Shown: positions 25,571-37,000 of the stretch, piece after piece
Position numbering within the stretch: position 1 is the first letter of the stretch
Layout: each line of letters opens with the position of its first letter
From: Macrostomum lignano
Taxonomy: Eukaryota
Assembly (NCBI GenBank): GCA_002269645.1
Contig: NIVC01002019.1
Location: 1 to 64,000 of the forward strand
DNA: 64,000 nt
Reading direction: 5' to 3'
The notes under the pieces: model-generated
Databases searched by the model: none
The model's input: the letters and a program-made list of their open reading frames with translations, nothing else
Told to the model about the DNA's origin: nothing
Position numbers and translations under genes: made by a program

Positions 25571-28500
25571 ATGCTCCAAGAACGACTTCTACGCTTCCTC
25601 TCTATATGTGTACTGCTTGGGATCATAGTATTTTCAGGGCTCAATCAGGTAAGTGAACTCACAATTTCATCTTAAGGTGTCAATTATGGATTACAAGAGG
25701 TTATCGAAAATCTTCTCTAAGTCTAACGCCTCAGCCAAGTGATGATACCAGCATAAGCTAAGGGGCTGTAGCCTAGTGGTTAGAACGTCGGACTCATGAC
25801 TGAGAGGTCACGGGTTCGATTCTCGACCCACTCGGAACAATTTGTGTCCTTGAGCAAGACACTTGACTCTGAACTACTTCAGTTCACCCAGCTGTAAAAT
25901 GGGTGCCAGCATTAGCTGGGGTAATTGAGGGTGTGTGTGGTGACCCCCCAGTCCTTGGACTGAACAGCCGTACGCAGCCTTCAGATGCGCCGCGCTGCCG
26001 CGCAATAGCTGCGGCTGAGCTGTCAGTTGCACTTCTGACAGTTGGGGCAGGTGTAGGCAATTATTATTATTATTAGCATAAACAACTGGGATCTTATGTC
26101 AACTTATGTCTGTAGAACAGGACGAAACAAAAGCTGTTCCTATATGTCTCTAAGGTATTTTTCGATGCAAGTTTTTCTCTGAACAGATGTTCTAGTTCAG
26201 GAGACGGCCAACTCCGACCCGCCCGCGGGCCACATGCAACCCCAGAAGCCTCTCTATCCGGCCCTCGGGTCCTTTTGAAACTTCACAGTAGCAATCCGGT
26301 CCGCTGAAGGTTTGTGTCTATTCTCAGCTCTCTTCTCAATCTCTCTAATCTTCTCTCTCTTCTCCTTTATTCCCTGTTCTCTCTTCTCTACTCCCTCTCT
26401 CTTTCCCTTGTGTTTCCGGCCCACAGTCATGTTCTAGATTCTCTACCTGGGCTTGAAGCAAAAATGTTTCAAAGTCTATCAAAGTCTATCTTCGGAGAAA
26501 GACTGAATTCTGAAGTGCCAAGTCTTCTCACAGCGCTATACCGTGGTCCTCTTTGCTTACTTTACAAGAATCTACCTCTCTAGAATGAGGTCACTAAAAC
26601 GAGTGTGAACGCAAATCCAGAAATATATAATTTCAGCAATTTCATATCCAACGCAAGAATGGAAGCCTGACAGCAGTTGAACCAAGGAACAGTTCGGGAG
26701 GCAGCTCCTCAGACTGCGGCCCGATTCCGCGCATACTGCACTACACTTTCTCCAGCGAGCATGCGTACTCAAACTACAAGGAATTTGTAAGCGATTGCCT
26801 GGCGCTGAATCCCGACTGGCAGGTCTACCTGTGGCGGGACGCCGACGCGGAGCGCCTAATTAAGGATCACTATCCTGACTTTGCGGCCAAGTTTGCCAGC
26901 TATCGAGGCGACTTGCAAAAGTCTGACGCCATTCGGTACGCTGTGCTGCATCGATTCGGCGGTGAGTCTGGGGCGGTGGGGGGCGGATTTGTCAAATGTT
27001 TTTCAAAAGTGTCAGTCTCATCGTAAACAAATTCACGTTTAGAAAACGTTACCGTGACCAGAATCGCTAAAGAGTGATTGTAAACAACTCACTAGTTACT
27101 CAAGGAGTCTGGGGCCACTCTTGTGACTCTTTAACGATTCAAACAACTGTAATGCAACGGAGAGGCGACTGTTTAGTCACGAGCACCTCAAGTGAGTTGC
27201 ATGATCGCAAGAGTCGCGAAAAGTCGTTGGGTTAGCGCTTAACTTTCTACTAACCCAAGTAGACTGAATAGAGTTGTCATAAATGCAAAATGCGATTCTA
27301 ATTCATAAAGTGGCGCAGGTGCGCTTTAGATGCAACTCAGTGATGCTACAGCGACTCCAGCACGTCTCAAATACGAGTCTTTTTCAGACTTGCAGACAAT
27401 AAAACGCTTAAATTGACTCTTAGGCGACTTTCTTGGCAACATCTTGTCGTTTTAGACTCGTCTAGAGTCAACGTTCCTATTTTACCTGGGTTACCTGTAA
27501 CGACTTTAAAACGACTCTGGGGCGACGCAAGGGACGCCTCTTGGCCTGGGTACCGTTTTCATCAGGACTTTTCAGATTTTACTGCTAACGTATTTTCTTG
27601 ATACGACTATTTATACTACTAGTAGAGCATTGAATAAAAGTTTGTTATAATTAATTTTATGCATGCAATAGTCAGCTATTTTTACTGTAAGTAAGGTATC
27701 AAGAAAACGCTAGGTACTGTAGGCCTAAAGCAGTTTTTGAGTTCTGACTTGACGCACCAGTTGGAATTTCTATATAACAATCAGTGCTTAGCCGTTTTGC
27801 GCAAGCTATAAAAGATTTAGCACTTAGTTGCACTCGGCTAGCAACCTTCAAAAATTAGGATAAGACTTTAACCCAGTAGTGTACTTGCTTGTTCCTCACT
27901 GATCAATAATGGATCTCTATCTAATTTCACGATTTCAAACTCCAGGCGTGTATCTGGACATGGACGTGAAGTGCCTTCAACCGCTGTTTCCCAGGCTAAA
28001 AAGCTACGCAGCATTTGTTGACCGGGAACGCTGGGAGCAGTCAATCAACCTGTTCGGCATGCCGCTGCTGATGATGAACTCCGCCATGGGATCCGCGCCC
28101 GGGCATCCGTTCTTTAAATACGTCCTGGAAAAGCTGAAGAACATGCACGGACACATTCCGCTGTGGACTACGGGTCCGAAGGCCCTAACAGGCATCTACT
28201 ACAACTGGCTGAGCTCGCAGCAGGCAAAGCAAGCATCGGCCGTAAAGGTGCTGCCCTCGCAGGTGTTCTCCGGCAGTGTTGATCAAAGCAATCCTGGCCT
28301 ATGGTCGCCATGCAAGAAGTACCCGCCCGAGTGTGAGTGATTTGGCTCGTTTTAAATTGAGATTTTACAAAAATCGGTTTTGTCGATGTGGCGTGATATT
28401 CTACTGGCAAATCTGCAGGGTGTTGCGCACCTGCGCCATGGGTGAATAGATACCAAAGAAATCATGAACTCGCGCATAACTGGATCGCCAAAGTTCGGCT

Positions 28501-29733
28501 TCTTAATTTGTCCCAATCGTAGACGACAAGCATAAGCGTACCTGATTCAGCCGCTGCGTGGCTAAAGCTTCAGTTTGTACTTTAGCATCGGGCATTTTTG
28601 CGACCCAACGGTTGATGTAGGCACTGTCTAAGGTTGGAACAAAGAATACTCTTACAGCTTTTTCGGGATCCAATTATGCTATTCATCCATGACCTGCGCA
28701 TGTCTTACACCGTTCAGGTCTTTGGAAAGGAGCAGTTTGTAAAACTGTCTCTTGAATGCAATGCAGACTCAAGGACTACCAAAGGACGGGACGCTAGCTG
28801 CACTCGTAGAACGGTGTAAATTGTCTTGAAGGCCATTTTTGGCAAGAACTGATTTAGATACATGCATAAACGTACATGTACTACAATTGCTACTGTCTCA
28901 GGCATAGCATCTGGGCAGACAGTAGTCATTGTGCAGACTTTTGTCTGGTTCACCGACGTCCGCGAGGATCTGCGGCTTCGTCGGCCGCGGACTTGCCTGG
29001 CCGGGCTGCCTAGCTTGTTCCTACTGACAGAGCGGTCCTGCGGTCGCCAGAGGACGATCGCTGCTTTACAACGCTCCCAGATTTGGACACAACGGCAGCT
29101 AAACTCGTTCGATTATCATGTTGACGCGGTGCGCTTCAAACTCGGCGACGAGAGAATTTCCAACGCGGCATTGGCGACTGCATCTGGGACGACACATCAA
29201 CCGCGCCAAGTCATACTGCACACATGCAGCTGATGCAGGAGATGCTGCTGCTAATGCTGCAGACGCCCTACCGGATGGGACGCTGATCTTTTTAATGAAC
29301 TAATCGTAATCTGTCTGCGTATTGCCAAAGAAATTTTTTAACTTTACTTCTGTCATTTCCCCACTCTTAAGACGAAGGTATTCAATTCGACGAATAATTT
29401 GCAGAATTTCCCAACACCTTCTTCGCAGTCGGCTCCCGGACTCCAAGCGAGACGGAGCGGCACAAGCTGGCGGCCGAACTGTCCGGCTTCGATATCGACC
29501 GGCCGGACACGCACCGAGGCCGCGACCTGCGCCGGATGGCCTGCGCCAGTCTAGCGCTAACCAACTGGCGGCACAGTCTCCATAACAACCGGACAGTCGG
29601 GCTGCACATGTACCTGCACCTGGGCTACGGCTTCGGTGCGTCGCGGCGAGGTCCAAAGTTCAACCTTTTAACCAGCTTCCCCAGGATAAAACTGTACAGC
29701 ACTGCAGCTGGGAATACGACAGCTCCCTGCTGA
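25571..29733 (+). CDS. Type II membrane glycosyltransferase, GT32/DxD sugar-binding family, ~364 aa. Exons 25571-25648, 26637-26961, 27946-28332, 29429-29733.
   Basis: Exon 1 encodes a signal anchor (MLQERLLRFLSICVLLGIIVFSGLNQ). Exon 2 has IPRILHYT...YLWRDAD...KSDAIRYAVLHRFG. Exon 3 has GVYLDMDV (DxD), GHPFF and TTGPKAL. Exon 4 joins in phase 1 at cttcttcgcag|tc and ends in TGA. The last junction is the least certain. Confidence 0.85.
25762..26076 (+). mobile_element. tRNA-derived SINE with a CORE-like central domain, in glycosyltransferase intron 1
   Basis: A box TAGCCTAGTGG, B box GGTTCGATTC, central TGTGTCCTTGAGCAAGACACTT...CTGTAAAATGGG and an (ATT)n tail. Confidence 0.8.
27096..27551. 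mobile_element. Possible old MITE in glycosyltransferase intron 2
   Basis: Weak termini TACTCAAG / CTGGGTA and repeated GCGACT/GAGTC motifs. No convincing TSD. Confidence 0.25.
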
Positions 29734-29781
29734 GATCCCCATCTGGGATCGAACGATGGAATAGATCCTGCTCATGCTCAT

Positions 29782-30640
29782 CGTGCCAAATACACCTGGC
29801 TGACTGTCCTGCCCTCGCCCCTCACTCAGAGCTGCTCACCATGCCAAATACACCTGGGTGACTTCTCCTGGCCTGGAGCTGCTCACCATGCCAAATACAC
29901 CTGGGTGACTTCTCCTGGCCTGGAGCTGCTCACCATGCCAAATACACCTGGGTGACTCTCCTGGCCTGGAGCTGCTCACCATGCCAAATACACCTGGGTG
30001 ACTCTCCTGGCCTGGAGCTGCTCACCATGCCAAATACACCTGGGTGACTCTCCTGGCCTGGAGCTGCTCACCATGCCAAATACACCTGGGTGACTCTCCT
30101 GGCCTGGAGCTGCTCACCATGCCAAATACACCTGGGTGACTCTCCTGGCCTGGAGCTGCTCACCATGCCAAATACACCTGGGTGACTCTCCTGGCCCCGG
30201 AGCTGCTTACCATGCCAAATACACCTGGGTGACTCTCCTGGCCTGGAGCTGCTCACCATGCCAAATACACCTGGGTGACTCTCCTGGCCTGGAGCTGCTC
30301 ACCATGCCAAATACACCTGGGTGACTCTCCTGGCCTAACTCAGAGCTGCTCACCATGCCAAATACACCTGGGTGACTCTCCTGGCCTAACTCAGAGCTGC
30401 TCACCATGCCGAATACACCTGGGTGACTCTCCTGGCCTGGAGCTGCTCACCATGCCAAATACACCTGGGTGACTCTCCTGGCCTAACTCAGAGCTGCTCA
30501 CCATGCCAAATACACCTGAGTGACTCTCCTGCCCTAACTCAGAGCTGCTCACCATGCCAAATACACCTGGGTGACTCTCCTGGCCCCGAAGCTGCTCACC
30601 ATGCCAAATACACCTGGGTGACTCTCCTGGCCCCTGGCTT
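29782..30640. repeat. Tandem array, 46-bp unit CCATGCCAAATACACCTGGGTGACTCTCCTGGCCTGGAGCTGCTCA (probable glycosyltransferase 3' UTR)
   Basis: Direct reading; AATAAA follows at ~30670-30690. Confidence 0.96.
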
Positions 30641-30894
30641 CTGCCCTACGTTTAAACATATTGTTGGAAAATAAAAGTTAATAAATAAAAGTTTTTATGA
30701 TGCTTTTACTTTTCTGCGAGTACTGAAGTAACGCACAAAGCAAAGACTTAAAGCCTTATTCTGAATTGTTTTCGAAAGACAGAACGCTGTTAAAACTTGT
30801 AACTTAGAAGCCAAGAAATAATACAGAGCAATATAATAAATAAGTTCATCATTAAAACATTATGGAAGTTATGAGTTATGAATAAGACTAAGAA

Positions 30895-31035
30895 TCAGGG
30901 AGGGCAGGGACCCAGCCTGAGGATCTGGGAAGGCAAAGCCTGAGGATCTGGGAGGGCAGGGTCCCAGCCTGAGGATCTGGGAGAGAAGGGACCCAGCCTG
31001 AGGATCTGGGAAGGCAAAGCCTGAGGGTCTGGGAG
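30895..31035. repeat. Short degenerate array with a CTGAGGATCTGGGA core (SKI2 3' UTR)
   Basis: Four to five copies of GCCTGAGGATCTGGGA. Confidence 0.8.
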
Positions 31036-31064
31036 AAATTGGCACAGACGGACGCATTGGCAGG

Positions 31065-34000
31065 TCAATCGTCTCTCAGAATGTGGCTGTCAACAGAATC
31101 GTCCAGGTACAGGCTGGCGGCGAACACAATGTCCCGCTTGATCAACTGGCTGGCCGTCTCGAATTTCTCGCTCAACTGATTGGCTCCGATGACTCTGGCG
31201 GCGTTGCGGGCGTCCTTCAGCAGTTCGTCTAGGCGCTGAATGCAGCGCACAATGATGCCCTCCTGTTGGTCGGTGAGGCCGGCGATCTCGCGGAAACTGG
31301 TGCCTCTGTAAGGCAGTTAGCGAAATCTGTTATTACAAATATGAATGATTACTAATGCTGTAAGCGTTTTACTGCCGACAATTTAGCCTCGTGAACCCCT
31401 ACAATTAGCAATCAACTCACCTGGCCCATTCGTACACAACTCGCATGAGAGCTGGCCGGACACTGTCCGGGTCCAGGTCGGGCACCAGGCCCAGCTGGAA
31501 TTCGCACTGCAGCGCCTGGGCCGAATTGGCCGTGTCAATAACCCGATCGAGGGCCTCGCGCAGCGGCTCCGGCAGCTCGAGAAGCATGTCAGTTACGGGA
31601 TCGCGGCCGCCGCCGCCGACACGGCCGTCCTGTCTCGCCGACGCTGCTGAATTGGACGTTGACGGAGGTGGAGGCGGCTTGGCCTGCTGCAGGCGAGCCT
31701 CGCAGACGAAGCAGGAGAATAGAGAGGCCAGATGGGCCGGCTCCAGCTGGTCGAATGCGTTCTGAAACATCAGCTCGGTGATGAGGACGCACTGGCTGCT
31801 TAATTCGCAGGCTGCTTGGCCTTTCAGACGGACCTGGTCGTTTTGGCTGACGAATTCCATTTTGCGGAGCACCTGCCAGTCGGAGATTTGTAAGATTGCA
31901 GTTTTGAGCGGAATTGAAACTTGCGTATATCAAGTTTTGGAGTGCTGCTGGCAAAAGCATAGAGACTATATTGGAGACCGTATAGCATGTGTACATTGGA
32001 GACCGTATAGCATGTGTACATTGGAGACCGTATAGCATGTGTACATTGGAGACTGTATAGCATGTGTACATTGGAGACTGTATAGCATGTGTACATTGGA
32101 GACCGTATAGCATGTGTACATTGGAGACCGTATAGCATGTGTACATTGGAGACCGTATAGCATGTGTACATTGGAGACCGTATAGCATGTGTACATTGGA
32201 GACCGTATAGCATGTGTACATTGGAGACCGTATAGCATGTGTACATTGGAGACCGTATAGCATGTGCACATTCGAGACCGTATAGCATGTGTAAATTGGA
32301 GACCGTATAGCATGTGTACATTGGAGACCGTATAGCATGTGTACATTGGAGACTGTATAGCATGTGTACATTGGAGACTGTATAGCATGTGTACATTGGA
32401 GACTGTATAGCATGTGTACATTGGAGACTGTATAGCATGTGTACATTGGAGACTGTATAGCATGTGTACATTGGAGACCGTGTAGCATGTGTACATTGGA
32501 GACCGTGTAGCATGTGTACATTGGAGACCGTATAGCATGTGTACATTGGAGGCTGTATAGCATGTGTACATTGGAGACTGTATAGCATGTGTACATTGGA
32601 GACTGTATAGCATGTGTACATTGGAGACCGTGTAGCATGTGTACATTGGAGACCATATAACACGTAAACGGTACAGAACGGCTCACAAGTGAAGAAAGCT
32701 CACCTGCAGACGCTGTTTATACTCGGCCAGATACAGCAGGCTATCATCAGACAGCTGATGCATAAGATGATTACGCTGCCAAATTAGCAGTTGACGCCGC
32801 AGAGCCTGGCTGAAGTGGGCGCTGAAGCCGGGACAGGCGAGGCACTCGTTGGCGAGGAGGCTCCGTCGGCATTCGGCCAGTCTCGCGAACAGCTGCGTCT
32901 GTAAGCATTAAAGGACAGGATTCAGTATGCAGTCAGGTGTTGAAACGCGAGACAGCCTGCCCGCTGAGAATGTCTATGGTCAAAAGCCCATTGATTCAGT
33001 GCAAAGCCAGCGGGCGGCACAAAGGAAGTTTACGCCCGCCGAGACTATCTGTGGTAAATTCTAACTTACTGCTAATCACCCAAATAAATAGTCAGCTGAA
33101 AGAGTACGAGCGTAATCCAATGACTTAGAGCCTAGCTTGGCTTTGACCATACAAGAACTGCGGCAATAGACATAGAGAATGGAAATCGCAATCTTTGTCC
33201 CGTACATATCGGCGCTTGATGAGCCATTAATGAGCTAAAGCCATTTAAAGTTTATCTTAACCAGTAGCGCACTGAGCTTTTTTCCGCACACAGTCACTAT
33301 TGACGGATGGCATGCCACGCGTACAATGGGACTTCAATCTCTTTCCCACTGCCACAGAGCACTGTGTCAATTTACGGCTCAAGAAATTCACATAGACTAC
33401 TGACTGGCTTACTTAACTATTGAGTTCCAACTGTCCTAAAATTTGCGCTTGACTGATACTACAGTTTATTTTAAAACTGTCTATGGTAAAAACAGTCCAG
33501 AATCATGCAGTAAATTTTTACTGATACCACAAACTTGTCCAACTTTACTGTATAATTAATTAAACTTACGCGAGACTCAAAATCATGGCTAACAACATTG
33601 ATGATGCTGCAATTGCAATTATGGAAGGTTCTGTTTTCACCAGCGATGGCAGCGACAGCGAATATATGAGTGTCGATGAAGAGTTGCTGGACGAGGAAGA
33701 TGGTGAGAGTAATGGTGAAGTAGCTGAGCATGGAGTCGAGTTCGCCAACGAGAATGAATGGACAACTGCTCAAGATGGTGAAGATTCGCGTCTCAGCGAT
33801 CTGCCCGAATTCCTCGCTGTGCCTGGCCTGAACCCAGACATCCAAACACAAGCCCCTGAAGGTAAAATGGCCCAGGTGCAATTCTATCTGCAGCACTTTC
33901 TCACCGCTGATCTGGTGTCTGCCATTCGCATCTGGACCCAACGCCCGAGCTGACATGGAGCTTCAACATTTGACAGCTGAAGATCAGGACGGAGCTCTTC

Positions 34001-37000
34001 CCAATTTGCTATCAACTTGGAGACCGTGTACCGACAATGAGGTGAAGAATTCACTAGCAATCATCCTGTACATGGGTCTTGTGAAGAAGCTCGAAATGCA
34101 CATTGTACTGGTCCACGGGAGAATTCTACGGCGGCGAATACTCCCAGAAAGAACATTGCCTTGGAAGGGATCGGTTTGTGCAGATATTATCATTACTTCG
34201 ATTTTACAACTGCACCACCGACAACCAACAGGACTCCTTGAAAAAGATTCGACCTTTTCTTAACATTGCCCGCGATACTTGCCAAGCAAATTACAGCCCA
34301 CGTCAAGAGGTGTCTGTCGATGAAGAACTAGTCATGTACAAGGGCAGGCTCATTTTCCGGCAGTTCATGCCCAACAAGCGTGCCAGATTCGGCATCAAGG
34401 CCTACTGCTTGACGGAAGCTTCGACAGGTTTTCTGTGGAACTTTCATGTACATGCTGCTAAGCAGGATAACGACAAGTTTGGAGATGGATTAAACTGCGG
34501 TAATTTATCGATGAGCGAGAAGATCGTCGTTGAATTGAGTAAAAAATTGCTGGACCTGGGGCACAAGGTCTTTTGTGACAGCTGGTTCACATCGCTCCGT
34601 CTGGCGCAGTTTCTGCTGGAACGCAGTACTTTACCGACTGGGACGGTGAGGCCCAATCGAGGTGTGCCGAATGAGCTGAAATTGCTGCCCCTGCAACCCG
34701 TCAGTCACTCCCAGATGCGCCGCGGCGATGTTCTCGCAGTCAAGCTGGTAGACAGGAAGGCAAGCGGTCGCAAAACTGTGTACTTGTTGGACACGCACGG
34801 TGTTGCTGAAAGCACGGAAGTGAGGCGAGTGATCCGAGGCGGAGCGGAGGAGTCAGTTTTAAAGCCGAATTCGGTGCTGCAGTACAATAAGTACATGGGA
34901 GGCGTTGATCCCCTTGATGCAGCACTGCAGCCTTACAGTGCGGGGAGAAGAACATACAGATGGCACCAGAAGCTCGGGTTCCACATTTTGCTGCAGTTGG
35001 TCCGCAATGCCTGGATCTGCAATTGCCAAGGAGGAAGCGATATCAAATTCGTTGAATTTTTGGAAGCTGTGATCCGCACTCTCATGGAGCAGACAGGCCA
35101 GGGCAAACGTCTGAATACATCGAAGCGCAAGACCATCTCACAGCACGCGCCATCGAAGCTGCCGCCGACAGATGCCAATGCGAGGCCGACAAAGCGATGC
35201 AGTCTGCTACAGCAATGGTGTGGCCAAAAGAACGGCGTTCGTATGCGCTGGTTGCCCAGGAGAGCCCGGGCTGTGTGCTGTCCCATGCTTTCAGAATTGG
35301 CACAGTGCAGCAGCACAGTAGTTGCACTGGTGGTACGGTGCAAAACTTAATTACGTTCAGAATACGAAATTCAAAACGCTCCTCCTAAATGCCTCATCGA
35401 TGTTTTAAATATTGTTTACCTAATTGTTTTTTGTTCTGTTGTTGTCCGTTTTTAAAGTTTTTGTTATCTATCCTGTACTTGCAGTCAAATATAGTTAAAA
35501 AATTGCGAAAAAATAACATGGTACGCACAACATGCCATCCGTGACTTATGGGGATGTTGAAAAGTCATATTTATGCTAAACCATCTGGGCCATAGACACG
35601 TATTCTCAGTGTATGGTTAAATGAGACCCATGGCACGCCTGGCGTGCCATCAGTGTTGGCGGGGTTAAGCATCAAATGATTACTTTTTCAGCTGACTATA
35701 GTAGGGCCTACTAAGCGATCACTGTCCCTAACCAGAAGCCCTTGTATGTACAAGCTGCAATGGGGGCCGTAGCCTATCTGTCTAGCGCGGCGCTCTTTCG
35801 TGCCAGCGGCCCAGGCTCGATTCCAAGTGCAGTCGCGCTAATTTGGGGCTAAATTGAAATCTCGGCTCGGGCCAACCCCCAAGGCACAGTGAAGTGTACA
35901 TGCCTAGCGATAAATAAAGTTAGGGCCGCAGTACACTCCTGTGTGAGTTGTGCCTGTGCGTATGACTGAGTACGTATCCGCGCGCTTGTGTGCCTGCTCA
36001 GGGGAGTCAGCGGAATGGGCAGTAATGCCTCTCGCCGGTTGTGAGACAATGTCGCCTAAAGTGCGCCAGGGTGCGCACAGCCCCTGCCTCTTAGTAAAAA
36101 ACTTATATAAGCTCAATTCTATCTTAGCCTGTATATCCAGTTGCCCTCGCAGATCGCGCACCTGGTCAATCTTTTTAAGTCCCATCCCGTCAACCGGATC
36201 GAGCAGCGGGGAGGGGGCGGCGGCGGCGTATCGAGACCGCAGCAGGTCAGCCAGCTCCTGGGCCACCTGGCTGACGGTCTGGCCGGGCGGCGAGTCGGCA
36301 AATCTGGGCAATTCTCGCCGTTTAAAATCGTCCAGCACCGCCCGGACGCTGGCCTCGCCGCGCAGCGAGTTGGCCGTCTGTTGGCCGACACCGTCAAGCC
36401 AGTCGGCTGCCGGCAGGTCCAGCAGCACCGGCTGAGGCTGCGCCGCCGGCTGGGCGAATTCAGTCTGGCAGACGGCGGCCAGAGGCGCAAATGATGTTGC
36501 CGTTGCCGATTGCGCAGTTGGCGGAGGCGGGGACGACGGCAGCGGGCCGAGCGTCAGCAGGCGCATGCGATTGCCGTCAAGCTGCAGCAGCACGCCAACT
36601 CGGCGAGTGCCGGGCTCGCCTGGCCAGGGCCGCATGACAATGAGCTGGCCTGGGCGGGGTCTGCAGAGTGGGGCAATGGGTTAGTGAGAACTTGTTTCAG
36701 CATCCTGTGCAGGAACCACGAGCATGCAAAAGTGCAGTCACTCCTCGAGGCATCCTTCCTGATCACCAGCTGGTTGATAAACGTCTGGCTTTGATGTACA
36801 TTCGAAACTAGCATCAAAGACATTGCTAGATAGATTATACATTATATAAAAATGGTTATTTAGCTGCAATTTTAAGGGATCTGGGCCCTGTGGAATAGAG
36901 CAGTCGCATTAAGTTTTTAAGTTAAGCAGAGATGGGCGCGGTTAGTAGGCAGCTAAAATAGATGGGAATTTCCACCCTATTATGCCAGTACTGTACCAGC

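Noticed and set aside
25762-25835. Functional tRNA gene (CAT anticodon-like)
   Set aside because: The anticodon and acceptor stems pair poorly, there is no Pol III terminator, and it continues into a SINE body and (ATT)n tail.
28862-29300. Extra glycosyltransferase exon(s)
   Set aside because: No phase-compatible splice path gives sensible protein, and there are stops in the candidate frames. More likely a decayed TE fragment.
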